DNA from: Burkholderiales bacterium
Lineage (GTDB): Bacteria; Pseudomonadota; Gammaproteobacteria; Burkholderiales; Burkholderiaceae_C
Length of the DNA stretch: 64,000 nucleotides
Reading direction: 5' to 3'
Assembly: GCA_046317675.1 (NCBI GenBank)
Contig: JBKCVH010000092.1
Coordinates: 1,101-65,100, forward strand
Position 1 is the first letter of the stretch; each line of letters starts with the position of its first letter. The notes under the pieces were generated by a model. It ran no database searches. It saw nothing but the letters and a program-made list of their open reading frames with translations, and was not told where the DNA came from. Made by a program: the position numbers and the translations under genes. This document shows positions 38,083 through 46,508 of this stretch, piece by piece.

Positions 38083-39591
38083 ATGAGTTTGGCCACATTG
38101 CACAGCCGCGCCCTGGTGGGGCTGCAAGCGCTGCCTGTCACGGTCGAGGTGCACCTCGCACCCGGCTTGCCCAGCTTCACGCTGGTGGGCTTGGCCGATA
38201 CCGAAGTGAAAGAAGCCCGTGAGCGGGTGCGCGCCGCGCTCACCGCCAGCGGGCTGCGCTTCCCACACGATCGGCGCATCACCGTCAACTTGGCCCCGGC
38301 CGACCTGCCCAAAGAAGGGGCTCGGTTTGACTTGCCCATTGCGCTGGGGCTGCTGGCGGCCAGCGAACAGATCGATGGCACGGCACTGAGCCACTGGGAA
38401 TGGGCGGGCGAGTTGTCGCTCAGCGGCGAGTTGCAGAGCGTTCGGGGCGCGCTGGCCCATGCCTTGGCCTTGCGCGGCGGCTCGCGGGGCTTGGTGCTTC
38501 CGCCTGCCTCAGCGGCCGAAGCTGCGCTGGTGGAAGGGGTGCCGGTTCGTGCTGCGCGCCACTTGCTGGACTTGGTGGCCGCACTGCAACCCGGCGCCAG
38601 CTTTGACCTACCGAGACCCACCCCAGCGAGCCCCGAAGCCCTGCCGCCCGGGCCTGACTTGGCCGATGTACGCGGGCAACTGCTGCCCAAGCGCGCGCTG
38701 GAAGTTGCGGCGGTGGGTGGCCACAACCTGCTGCTTGTGGGGCCACCCGGCACCGGGAAGTCGATGCTGGCGCAGCGCTTGCTCGGCCTTTTGCCGCCCC
38801 CGAGCATTGAAGAGGCGCTGGAAGCCGCCGCCGTGCAGTCGGTTGGCAAGGGGCTCGACCCCAGCCGCTGGCGGCAGCGCGCCTTTCGGGCGCCCCACCA
38901 CAGCGCCAGCAGCGTGGCCTTGGTCGGCGGCGGCTCGCCACCGCGGCCAGGAGAGATTTCACTGGCGCACCCAGGGGTGCTGTTTCTGGACGAACTGCCG
39001 GAGTTCCCGCGCGCCGCACTCGAAGCCCTGCGCGAGCCCCTGGAAACCGGCCGGGTGCACATTGCGCGCGCCGCACGCTCTGCCGAGTTTCCGGCGCGCT
39101 TTCAACTCATCGCGGCCATGAACCCCTGCCCCTGTGGCCACCTGGGCAATCCTCTTCGTGCTTGCCGCTGCAGCCCCGAGCAGGTGTCTCGCTACCGGGC
39201 GCGGCTGTCGGGGCCCTTGCTGGATCGCATCGATTGCTGCGTTGAAGTGCCCCTGATTCCGCCCGAAGAGCTGGGCGCCGCGCCGACGGGCGAGACCAGT
39301 GCGGTAGTGGCGGCCCGCGTGGCCGAAGGTCGCGCGCGGGCCCTGGCGCGCCAGGGCGTGCCGAATGCGCATCTCAGCCCAGCGCAGCTCGATGCGCTGC
39401 AGCCGCCCGAGCCGGCCGCAAAGGCCTTGCTACTCCGGGCCAGCCAACAGCTGGCGTGGTCAGCGCGCGCCTACCACCGCGTGCTGCGGCTGGCGCGCAG
39501 CGTGGCCGACTTGGCACAGAACGATGTCATGGATGTGAGCGCCGTGGCCGAAGCGATTCAGTTACGAAGAGGCCTCGACAACCGCGCTTGA
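38083..39591 (+). CDS. comM: YifB/ComM-family Mg-chelatase-like AAA+ ATPase
   Basis: The 502-aa product has an N-terminal Lon-like domain (EVHLAPGLPSFTLVGLADTEVKEARERV). Walker A is VGPPGTGKS. The Cys cluster CPCGHLG...CRC is present. Confidence 0.9.
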   Translation: MSLATLHSRALVGLQALPVTVEVHLAPGLPSFTLVGLADTEVKEARERVRAALTASGLRFPHDRRITVNLAPADLPKEGARFDLPIALGLLAASEQIDGTALSHWEWAGELSLSGELQSVRGALAHALALRGGSRGLVLPPASAAEAALVEGVPVRAARHLLDLVAALQPGASFDLPRPTPASPEALPPGPDLADVRGQLLPKRALEVAAVGGHNLLLVGPPGTGKSMLAQRLLGLLPPPSIEEALEAAAVQSVGKGLDPSRWRQRAFRAPHHSASSVALVGGGSPPRPGEISLAHPGVLFLDELPEFPRAALEALREPLETGRVHIARAARSAEFPARFQLIAAMNPCPCGHLGNPLRACRCSPEQVSRYRARLSGPLLDRIDCCVEVPLIPPEELGAAPTGETSAVVAARVAEGRARALARQGVPNAHLSPAQLDALQPPEPAAKALLLRASQQLAWSARAYHRVLRLARSVADLAQNDVMDVSAVAEAIQLRRGLDNRA

Positions 39592-39640
39592 ACTGGGGCG
39601 CCCCCGCCCACAATGCGCCTCCCTTCAACTGGAGTGCAAC

Positions 39641-40042
39641 ATGGGTTTACTGGATTCGATCATGGGTGCGGTGGCCGGCGGCGGCGGCCAGAGCGGTGGC
39701 GGTGTCGAGCTCATTGGCGCGCTGCTGCAGCAAATGGGTGGCAGCCAAGGCTTGGCGGGGCTGGTGGACCAGTTCCAGCAAGGTGGTTTGGGTGAGTTGG
39801 TGCAAAGCTGGGTTGGCACCGGGCAGAACCTGCCCATTTCGGCTGAGCAAATCTCCCAAGTGCTGGGCGGCGGCAACCTCGCTCAATTGGCACAGCAGTT
39901 CGGGCTGCAGCCAGATGCCATGGCCTCCCAGCTTTCAGAGCAATTGCCGGGCTTGGTGGACAAGCTGACGCCCAATGGTCAGCTCCCAACGGGTGGCATG
40001 GAAGACATCCTGGGCTCGCTGAGCGGCCTGCTCAGGGGCTGA
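39641..40042 (+). CDS. yidB: YidB-family (DUF937) protein
   Basis: MGLLDSIMGAV...LVQSWVGTGQNLPISAEQISQVLG...LVDKLTPNGQLP are characteristic blocks. Confidence 0.8.
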   Translation: MGLLDSIMGAVAGGGGQSGGGVELIGALLQQMGGSQGLAGLVDQFQQGGLGELVQSWVGTGQNLPISAEQISQVLGGGNLAQLAQQFGLQPDAMASQLSEQLPGLVDKLTPNGQLPTGGMEDILGSLSGLLRG

Positions 40043-40053
40043 TCCGAGCCTGA

Positions 40054-40848
40054 TTACCGGTTGATCAATTCGCCCGAGCCGCTGACTTTGCTCTGCAGCT
40101 TCGGGCGGCCCGAGTAGGTCAAGTCACCGCTGCCGCTCAGGGTGGCGTCCAGTTCCTGGCTCACGCCCAAACGCAGGTCGCCACTGCCGCTGAGCCTGGC
40201 TCGGGCCTTGGCACCGGAGAGGCTGGCGGCGCTTGCATCGCCGCTGCCGCTCAAGTCCCAATCTTGAAGCTCGGCCCGGCCAGCCACTTGCAGGTCGCCG
40301 CTGCCCGACAGGCGCGCCACCAACTCGCGCACTTCCAGCAAGCCAATGCGCACATCGCCAGAGCTGCTCAGGTCAAGTTGGAAGCGATCGCCCTTGAGCT
40401 GTTCGAGCTGCGCATCCCCCGAGCCGCGCAGTTGCAAGGCCTGCAACTGCTTGAAGTCCACCCGCACCCGACCCGGCCGGCGGGTGCTGAAACTGCTGCC
40501 CGGCTTGATGCCAATGACCAAGGTGTCGCCCTCCACCACCGTGGTGACCATGGGCTCGATGTTGTCGTCGGCACTCACGCGCACCGCTTCGGCTCCGCTG
40601 CTGGGCACCAACTTGGCATCAACCGGGCCATCCAAGCGCACCCGGCTGAAGCTGGCCACGTTGCGCGCCTTCTCCACCACGTTGCCGGAGCCCTTGATGC
40701 GCTGCGCGCCCGAGCCGTAAACCGTGTTGCTGCTCAGATTGAAGGCCACGTTGTGGGCCTCCTTCTTGATTCGGAGTACCCATTCATTCTCTTCGGCGTG
40801 CACGCCGGCACAGGCCAAGAGGACGAGCAAAGCAACTAAACGGCGCAT
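40054..40848 (-). CDS. DUF2807/head-GIN-domain beta-helix protein, exported
   Basis: ATG 40848 gives MRRLVALLVLLACAGVHA. There are seven successive (L/V)SGSGD-type rungs. Confidence 0.7.
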   Translation of the reverse strand: MRRLVALLVLLACAGVHAEENEWVLRIKKEAHNVAFNLSSNTVYGSGAQRIKGSGNVVEKARNVASFSRVRLDGPVDAKLVPSSGAEAVRVSADDNIEPMVTTVVEGDTLVIGIKPGSSFSTRRPGRVRVDFKQLQALQLRGSGDAQLEQLKGDRFQLDLSSSGDVRIGLLEVRELVARLSGSGDLQVAGRAELQDWDLSGSGDASAASLSGAKARARLSGSGDLRLGVSQELDATLSGSGDLTYSGRPKLQSKVSGSGELINR

Positions 40849-41051
40849 GGCAAAGGCTCCATGGGGTGAATGGCGCGCAGTTTCAAAGGCCGCGGCGCTC
40901 CAGCAGCAGCAGATGCGACGCACTGCAAAGACCGACGCCTAGACTGCAGCCTCAACGGACGGAGCGGAGTGCCCCATGAAGTGGCAAGGCCAGCTGCATC
41001 GAGAACGGCGACACCTTTGGGCCCCGGGCGCTGTAAGTTGCTTTGGAGCGC

Positions 41052-41537
41052 CTAGGGAGCAACCCAGTCGCCCGACTTGCCGCCGCGCTTCTCCAGCACC
41101 CGAACGCCGTCGATGACCATCAACTTGTCGGCGGCTTTGCACATGTCGTAGATGGTCAAGAGGCCGACTTGCACGGCACACAGGGCCTCCATCTCGACGC
41201 CCGTTCGGCCCTCGGTGGCCACTTCGGCCTCGCAGCGCACGCCATCGGCTTCCAGCTCAAAGGCCACCGCAACGCGTGTTAGCGGCAGGGGGTGGCACAG
41301 CGGCACCAAGTCAGCGCAGCGCTTGGCGCCCTGAATGGCGGCCACGCGCGCCACGCCAAGCACATCGCCTTTGGCCGCACTGCCCGATTGCACCAGTGCC
41401 AGCGTGGCCGGGTTCATGCGAATGCGACCCTCGGCCCGTGCAACCCGAATCGTGGCGGGCTTGCCGCCCACATCCACCATGTGCGCCTGCCCGGCTGCGT
41501 CGAAATGGGTCAGGGGAGCGGAGGCGGGCAATGTCAT
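41052..41537 (-). CDS. moaC: cyclic pyranopterin monophosphate synthase
   Basis: An ATG at 41537 lies inside ORF 41052..41786. The 161-aa product has [29 protein letters not shown] and LIPLCHPL-like blocks. Confidence 0.9.
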   Translation of the reverse strand: MTLPASAPLTHFDAAGQAHMVDVGGKPATIRVARAEGRIRMNPATLALVQSGSAAKGDVLGVARVAAIQGAKRCADLVPLCHPLPLTRVAVAFELEADGVRCEAEVATEGRTGVEMEALCAVQVGLLTIYDMCKAADKLMVIDGVRVLEKRGGKSGDWVAP

Positions 41538-41601
41538 GTCGAGCAATACGCGAGATACAAGAGCGCGGCATGATAGGACCCGGTGTTCCCTGGTAGACCG
41601 C

Positions 41602-43197
41602 ATGCATTTGAGCCATCGCCCCTTCCGCTTTTCCTCGCGCCTCACGGCGCTCGCGCTGGCCATCCAGTTCACCGTGGCGCCGCTTTCGGCCCAAGCGCAG
41701 TCTGCGGTTCGACTCCCCGCCTTGGGTGACTCGGTCTCAGAAACGGTTTCTCTCGGCGATGAACGCCGGTACGGCGACTGGATCATGTCGCAGGTGCGCG
41801 GCGACCCACTCGTCCTTGACGACCCTTTGCTGCAGGCCTATCTGGAGTCACTCTGGCAGCCTTTGCTGCAAGCGGCACGCGCCCAGGGCCACATCAGCGA
41901 AGAGCTGCAGGAGCGATTTGCCTGGGAAACCCTGCTGATCAAGGAGCGGGCGATCAACGCCTCCGCCTGGCCGGGTGGCTACTTCATGTTCAACCTGGGC
42001 CTGATCGCGATGACCGGCGAGCGCGATGAACTGGCTTCGGTCATGGCGCACGAACTGAGCCACGTCACCCAGCGTCACATCGCACGCGGGATTGCGGGCG
42101 AGGGCAAGAACACCGCGATGAACATTCTGGGCATCTTGCTCGGCGTGTTGGCGGCTTCGGCCACGGGCTCGGTCGATGGCGGCATTGGTGTCATCTACGC
42201 CGCCCAGGCGGCAGCGCAGCAGCAGCAGCTTCGCTTCAGCCGAGATATGGAGCGGGAGGCGGACCGCGTAGGCCATGCGGTGCTGGCCGAAGCCGGCTAC
42301 CAGCCGGCCGGCATGGTGCGCATGTTCGAGCGCATGGATTTGGCCAATCGGCTGATGGACTCCGGCGCCTTTCCCTACCTGCGCTCTCACCCCCTAACGA
42401 GTGAGCGCATCGGCGAGTCGCGCCAACGCGTCAGCCTGGATGCCCGTCAAGTGGCGCCCCAGGGGCTGGCGGTGCACAGCCTCATGGCGGCCCGCTCCAG
42501 GGTGCTGATGGACGAGCGCGCCGAGATCCTGCAAAACGCCGAAGGCTTGGACGCCGGTGCCCGCGAAGCCGGGCCGCTCCCGCAGCTGGCGGCTCGCTAC
42601 ACCGCCGCCTTCGCCGCCTACAAGCTTCGCCATCGCGAGCGGGGCGATGCAGCCGTTCAGGCGGCCCGCCGTTTTCTGCCCAATGTTGACTTTGCCGAAC
42701 GCGCCAGCGTGGAGCGCCTCTTGGCCATGCTGCAAGCCGAAGGTGCAGCCCTGAATGGCGATGCGGCAGCCGGGTGGGCGGCATTGGCGCCTTATGACAG
42801 CGTCAAAGACACGGTGATGCTGAAACTCAGAGCCCAACTGGCCGCCGCGCCTGGCAGCACCCGCGCGCAGCGCGAAGTGGTGCTCGACGCGCTGCAAACC
42901 CACCTCGCGCTCTTCCCGCTGGACGCATCGGCTTGGGCTCGCAGTGTGAGGTTGTGGGAGCTTCAAGGGCAGCCTTTGCGGGCCTTGCGGGCTCAGGCCG
43001 AGGTCTTTGCGGCACAGGGAAACTTGCGCGGCGCGATCGATCGCCTGCGCTCGGGCTTGCGCCAGTCGCGCGGGCCTGCGGCCGATCAAATTGAGGTGGC
43101 TGTGCTGGATGCTCGCTTGCGCACCTTGTTAACGGAACGCCGAGCGCAACTGGAGGAGATGTACCCCCGCGGCGGCATTCCACCCGAAGAGCGTTAG
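41602..43197 (+). CDS. periplasmic M48 metalloprotease with TPR-like C-terminal region (BepA/YfgC-like)
   Basis: An ATG at 41602 is followed by a signal peptide. The HExxH motif is [12 protein letters not shown]. The helical C-terminal half is repeat-like. Confidence 0.8.
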   Translation: MHLSHRPFRFSSRLTALALAIQFTVAPLSAQAQSAVRLPALGDSVSETVSLGDERRYGDWIMSQVRGDPLVLDDPLLQAYLESLWQPLLQAARAQGHISEELQERFAWETLLIKERAINASAWPGGYFMFNLGLIAMTGERDELASVMAHELSHVTQRHIARGIAGEGKNTAMNILGILLGVLAASATGSVDGGIGVIYAAQAAAQQQQLRFSRDMEREADRVGHAVLAEAGYQPAGMVRMFERMDLANRLMDSGAFPYLRSHPLTSERIGESRQRVSLDARQVAPQGLAVHSLMAARSRVLMDERAEILQNAEGLDAGAREAGPLPQLAARYTAAFAAYKLRHRERGDAAVQAARRFLPNVDFAERASVERLLAMLQAEGAALNGDAAAGWAALAPYDSVKDTVMLKLRAQLAAAPGSTRAQREVVLDALQTHLALFPLDASAWARSVRLWELQGQPLRALRAQAEVFAAQGNLRGAIDRLRSGLRQSRGPAADQIEVAVLDARLRTLLTERRAQLEEMYPRGGIPPEER

Positions 43198-43538
43198 TTC
43201 TTTTTCGTCACGAAATCAATGACCAAGCCCAGGGCGCTGTAAATCAGCGACCCGATCAGGGCGGCCGCGAAGCCGGTGACCGCAAAGCCCTGCAGCACGG
43301 AGGCTGCCGCCCAGAACATGAGCGCATTGATGACGAACAGAAAGAGTCCGAGCGTGATCAGCGTGACCGGCAAAGTCAGCAAAACCAACAAGGGCCGCAG
43401 CAAGCTATTGAAGAGCCCCAACACCGCAGCCGCCAGCAAAGCGCTGCCAAAGCCCGCAATGCGCACGCCCGAGTACAGGTAAGCGACTAGCAGCAAGGCG
43501 CCAGCCAGCAACAACCAACGCAATAAGAAACGTCCCAT
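43194..43538 (-). CDS. small 4-TM membrane protein of the 'phage holin 4_2'/YvlD family
   Basis: A 114-aa hydrophobic protein. It overlaps the end of the convergent M48 gene by 4 nt. Confidence 0.65.
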   Translation of the reverse strand: MGRFLLRWLLLAGALLLVAYLYSGVRIAGFGSALLAAAVLGLFNSLLRPLLVLLTLPVTLITLGLFLFVINALMFWAAASVLQGFAVTGFAAALIGSLIYSALGLVIDFVTKKN

Positions 43539-43597
43539 CCGATCAGCATAGGCCCTGAAGATCTAAAGGCCTACGGAATGTGAGCACAATGCAGCTC

Positions 43598-43736
43598 CCT
43601 CGAAAGGGGAGTAGCTACGTGCTCCGCCATGCGTGCGGGCATGGCGGATGGTCCGTCAACACGGCGTGCGATGCACACCCGGGCCCCGCAGCCGGCAAGC
43701 CGACACCGCTTGCCGTCCCCGCAAGACCTTTCGAAC
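43598..43736 (+). promoter_or_regulatory. yybP-ykoY (Mn2+) riboswitch aptamer in the terC/alx leader
   Basis: The 5' arm CGAAAGGGGAGUAGC (43601-43615), the internal GUCAACAC (43654-43661) and the 3' arm GCAAGACCUUUCG (43721-43733) match the conserved cores of the family. P1 pairs CGAAAGG with CCUUUCG. A 7-bp hairpin at 43741-43762 follows, then SD GGAGA and ATG 43787. Confidence 0.75.
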
Positions 43737-43786
43737 CCGCCCGTCGCTGCTGAACGCGACGGCACGTATCGACTTGGAGATTACGC

Positions 43787-44752
43787 ATGCAAACCATTGC
43801 ACCCCTTTGGCTCTGGGGCTTCTTCGTGGCCACTGTCCTTGTGGCCTTGTTCATTGACTTCGTGGTGCTCAAGAAGCAAGGCGCTCATGAGGTCGGCGTC
43901 AAAGAGGCGCTCAACTGGTCCCTGGTCTGGGTCGCGGTGTCACTGGCCTTCAACGCCATGTTCTGGTGGGCCATCAAGGACACCACGGGTGATGTGACGA
44001 TTGCCAACACCAAGGCGCTGGAATTCCTGACCGGCTACTTGATTGAGAAGAGCCTTGCAGTCGACAACATCTTTGTCTTCCTGATGATCTTCACCTACTT
44101 CGCGGTGCCGCCGAGCTACCAGAAGCGGGTGCTGATGATCGGCATCATTGGCGCCATCGTGTTGCGCTCCATCATGATCTTGGCGGGCGGCTGGCTGCTG
44201 CAGCAGTTCCACTGGATCCTTTATGTGTTCGGTGCCTTCCTGCTGCTCACGGGTATCAAGATGTGGTGGGCCGCAGGCCAAGAACCTAGCTTGGACGACA
44301 ACCCGGCGCTGAAGCTTTTGCGCAAGCTGATGCCAGTCAGCCAGAACTTTGATGGCGAAAAGTTCTTCACCATGGAGCGGGGCAAGCGCATTGCGACCCC
44401 ACTGCTGATGGTCGTGGCCTTGGTGGGCATCACGGACGTGATCTTTGCCGTGGACTCCATCCCCGCGATCTTCGCGATCACCACCGATCCGTTCATCGTG
44501 CTCACCAGCAACGTCTTCGCCATCTTGGGTCTGCGCGCCATGTTCTTTTTGCTGCAGGCGGTGGCCAGCAAGTTCCACCTGCTGAATTACGGCTTGGCGG
44601 TGATCCTGGTCTTCATCGGCACCAAGATGATGATCATCGACCTCTACAAGATCCCCGTGCTGGTGAGCTTGGGCGTGGTGGTGTCCATCCTGGCGATCAC
44701 GATGGTCATCAGCATCAAAACCGCACCGAAGATCGACACCCACAAAGGCTGA
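43787..44752 (+). CDS. TerC/Alx-family integral membrane protein
   Basis: The 321-aa product has EKSLAVDNIFVF and DVIFAVDSIPAIFAIT, the paired TerC motifs. Confidence 0.9.
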   Translation: MQTIAPLWLWGFFVATVLVALFIDFVVLKKQGAHEVGVKEALNWSLVWVAVSLAFNAMFWWAIKDTTGDVTIANTKALEFLTGYLIEKSLAVDNIFVFLMIFTYFAVPPSYQKRVLMIGIIGAIVLRSIMILAGGWLLQQFHWILYVFGAFLLLTGIKMWWAAGQEPSLDDNPALKLLRKLMPVSQNFDGEKFFTMERGKRIATPLLMVVALVGITDVIFAVDSIPAIFAITTDPFIVLTSNVFAILGLRAMFFLLQAVASKFHLLNYGLAVILVFIGTKMMIIDLYKIPVLVSLGVVVSILAITMVISIKTAPKIDTHKG

Positions 44753-44766
44753 AGCTTGCGGACTTG

Positions 44767-44800
44767 AAAACGGCGGCCCACGGGGCCGCCGTTTGCTTTT
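44767..44800 (+). terminator. rho-independent terminator after terC
   Basis: AAACGGCGGCCC-ACG-GGGCCGCCGTTT is followed by GCTTTT. Confidence 0.75.
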
Positions 44801-44920
44801 GGGCGTCATTCAGCGCTGTCTTCAGCAGCCACCAACCGAGGTTTGACGAGGCGCCGCCGGTGGCCAAACAAGGGGTTTGGACGCGCTTTCGAGCCTGCCA
44901 AGGGTTTCAGAGCATGATTT

Positions 44921-44951
44921 CTCCTATGAAAACACTTCGTTTTCATAGGAG
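44921..44951. promoter_or_regulatory. perfect 13-bp AT-rich inverted repeat upstream of the SWIB gene
   Basis: CTCCTATGAAAAC-ACTTC-GTTTTCATAGGAG is read directly. It is flanked by 11-nt direct repeats GGGTTTCAGAG at 44902-44912 and 44976-44986. Confidence 0.5.
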
Positions 44952-45048
44952 CGCGCAGTACGATTGCGACCGCTTGGGTTTCAGAGAGCACACAAGGCAT
45001 CAAGCCTTCCCGGCCCAGCAATACCCTCAACGCACGGAGAGATTCAAA

Positions 45049-45492
45049 ATGGCAACTGCGAAGAAGGCCGCTGCACCGGCCAAGAAGGCTGCAGCACCGG
45101 CAAAGAAAGCCGCGGCACCTGCCGCCAAAAAGGCGGCAGCACCTGCAGCCAAAAAGGCCGCTGCGCCCGCCAAAAAGGCGGCAGCACCTGCAGCCAAGAA
45201 AGCTGCAGCCCCCGCCAAGAAGGCCGCTGCACCGGCCAAGAAGCGCGCACCCAACGCCGCCTTCATGAAGGCGCTGACCCCGAGCGCAGCTTTGGCAGCG
45301 ATCGTGGGCGCGAACCCGCTTCCCCGCACCGAAATCACCAAGAAGGTGTGGGAATACATCAAGAAGAACAAGCTGCAAGATGCTGTGCAGAAGCGCGTCA
45401 TCATTGCCGACGCCAAGCTGAAGGAAGTTTTCGGCAAAGCCAAGGCCGACATGTTCGAGATGACCAAGCTGATCAGCAGTCACCTGAAGTAA
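45049..45492 (+). CDS. SWIB/MDM2-domain protein with N-terminal histone-H1-like AKKAAAP repeats
   Basis: ATG 45049 has GGAGA 7 nt upstream. About 9 A(A)KKAAAP repeats precede the SWIB core (LTPSAALAAIVGANPLPRTEITKKVWEYIKKNKLQD...FEMTKLISSHL). Confidence 0.85.
   Translation: MATAKKAAAPAKKAAAPAKKAAAPAAKKAAAPAAKKAAAPAKKAAAPAAKKAAAPAKKAAAPAKKRAPNAAFMKALTPSAALAAIVGANPLPRTEITKKVWEYIKKNKLQDAVQKRVIIADAKLKEVFGKAKADMFEMTKLISSHLK
45058..45252 (+). repeat. in-frame tandem 21/24-nt repeats encoding A(A)KKAAAP
   Basis: There are eight near-identical units plus a terminal AKKRAP, read from the sequence and its translation. Confidence 0.9.
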
Positions 45493-45546
45493 GCAGCCCC
45501 ATGGCCTGCGCAGACCTCTGTCGGCGCGGCAATGTTGGCTTTTGCA

Positions 45547-45578
45547 CAAACCCGGCCTCCGCCGGGTTTGTCTTTTCT
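45547..45578 (+). terminator. rho-independent terminator after the SWIB gene
   Basis: CAAACCCGGC-CTCC-GCCGGGTTTG is followed by TCTTTTCT. Confidence 0.8.
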
Positions 45579-45704
45579 GTGAAGAATTCCCGCTTGCGCT
45601 GACCAGCGCGCGCCTCCGGAGGGGGGCGTGACTTGTGCAACGGCCCGCGCCCGTGCTCTTCTTTAAAGTGCAGCGAAATATGCACGCAGTCTGATGATTT
45701 CTTT

Positions 45705-46508
45705 ATGTCTTTGATCGCCACGCTTGCCCTGGCCGCAAGCGCTTCAACCGCCACCTTGCCGACTTGCTCCTGGGACCGCCCCGGAGTGAATCCATTCATG
45801 GGCGATGTGGTGGCGGCCGTCGATCGCTACCAAGACATTCCCCAGGCGACCCGCGAGAAGCTCAAAGCGCGCATGAAGAGCCGCGCCTATGACGAGATTG
45901 CCGTCATCAGCCGCGATGCCATCACGGGCAAGGCGAGCTACGGTGCAGACATTCGCGACATGCACTTTGGCCGTGGCAGCGTATGCACGACGGTTTCCCG
46001 CGCGAAGTGGACCAACCAGCACCAAGAACGTGGTCTCGTTTATTGCGAGGATGGTCAGTGCCTGATCGTGCCCACCGTGTGCCGCAATGTGAGCCGCATC
46101 ACCCGCTTGGCTCCGAAGCCCGTTGCCGGCGCAGCCCAAGACGAGCTTGTGGCTGCCGCGCCGCCGGTCCCGCCCGAAGCGCCTCTCTTGTTCGAACCGC
46201 CAGCGGCGGGTGAGGCTGGCCCAGCGGTTTCTCCGAGCTTTGCCGATACCGCGCGCATTCCCACGCTGAATCAAACGCCCGGCTTGACGATTCCGCCGAT
46301 GGTCACTGGCGGTGGCACGCCCCCGTCGTTCCCGCCGGGGGGCGGAGTCCCGCCCTTGCCTCCCGGCGGTGGCACACCCACCAACGATCCGCTCCCACCC
46401 GGTGCGCCGCCTCCCATCACCACGCCCATTCCCGAGCCGGCCACGTGGCTGATGATGGGCTTCGGGCTGCTGGCGCTGGCTTGGCGTCGCCGCCAAGCTT
46501 CTCGCTAA
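45705..46508 (+). CDS. MHFG-family PEP-CTERM sorting-domain protein
   Basis: ATG 45705 gives [14 protein letters not shown]. The [12 protein letters not shown] motif is present, followed by a Pro/Gly-rich spacer. The C-terminus reads [24 protein letters not shown] (PEP, TM segment, basic cluster). Confidence 0.8.
   Translation: MSLIATLALAASASTATLPTCSWDRPGVNPFMGDVVAAVDRYQDIPQATREKLKARMKSRAYDEIAVISRDAITGKASYGADIRDMHFGRGSVCTTVSRAKWTNQHQERGLVYCEDGQCLIVPTVCRNVSRITRLAPKPVAGAAQDELVAAAPPVPPEAPLLFEPPAAGEAGPAVSPSFADTARIPTLNQTPGLTIPPMVTGGGTPPSFPPGGGVPPLPPGGGTPTNDPLPPGAPPPITTPIPEPATWLMMGFGLLALAWRRRQASR

Noticed and set aside
38083-39591. comM as a genomic-island insertion site.
   Set aside because: The gene is full length (502 aa) and uninterrupted, and no att-like repeats or mobility genes flank it.
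43194-43538. A 'phage holin family' protein as a sign of a prophage.
   Set aside because: It is an isolated 114-aa membrane protein of the YvlD/holin-4_2 type. It sits between housekeeping genes, with no endolysin, capsid, tail or integrase genes anywhere in the window.
44764-45048. An N-terminal extension of the SWIB ORF. The frame is open from 44764, with an ATG at 44914 running through the palindrome.
   Set aside because: ATG 45049 has a strong SD (GGAGA, 7-nt spacing) and begins the repeat domain cleanly. The upstream in-frame sequence has atypical composition and spans the terC terminator region.
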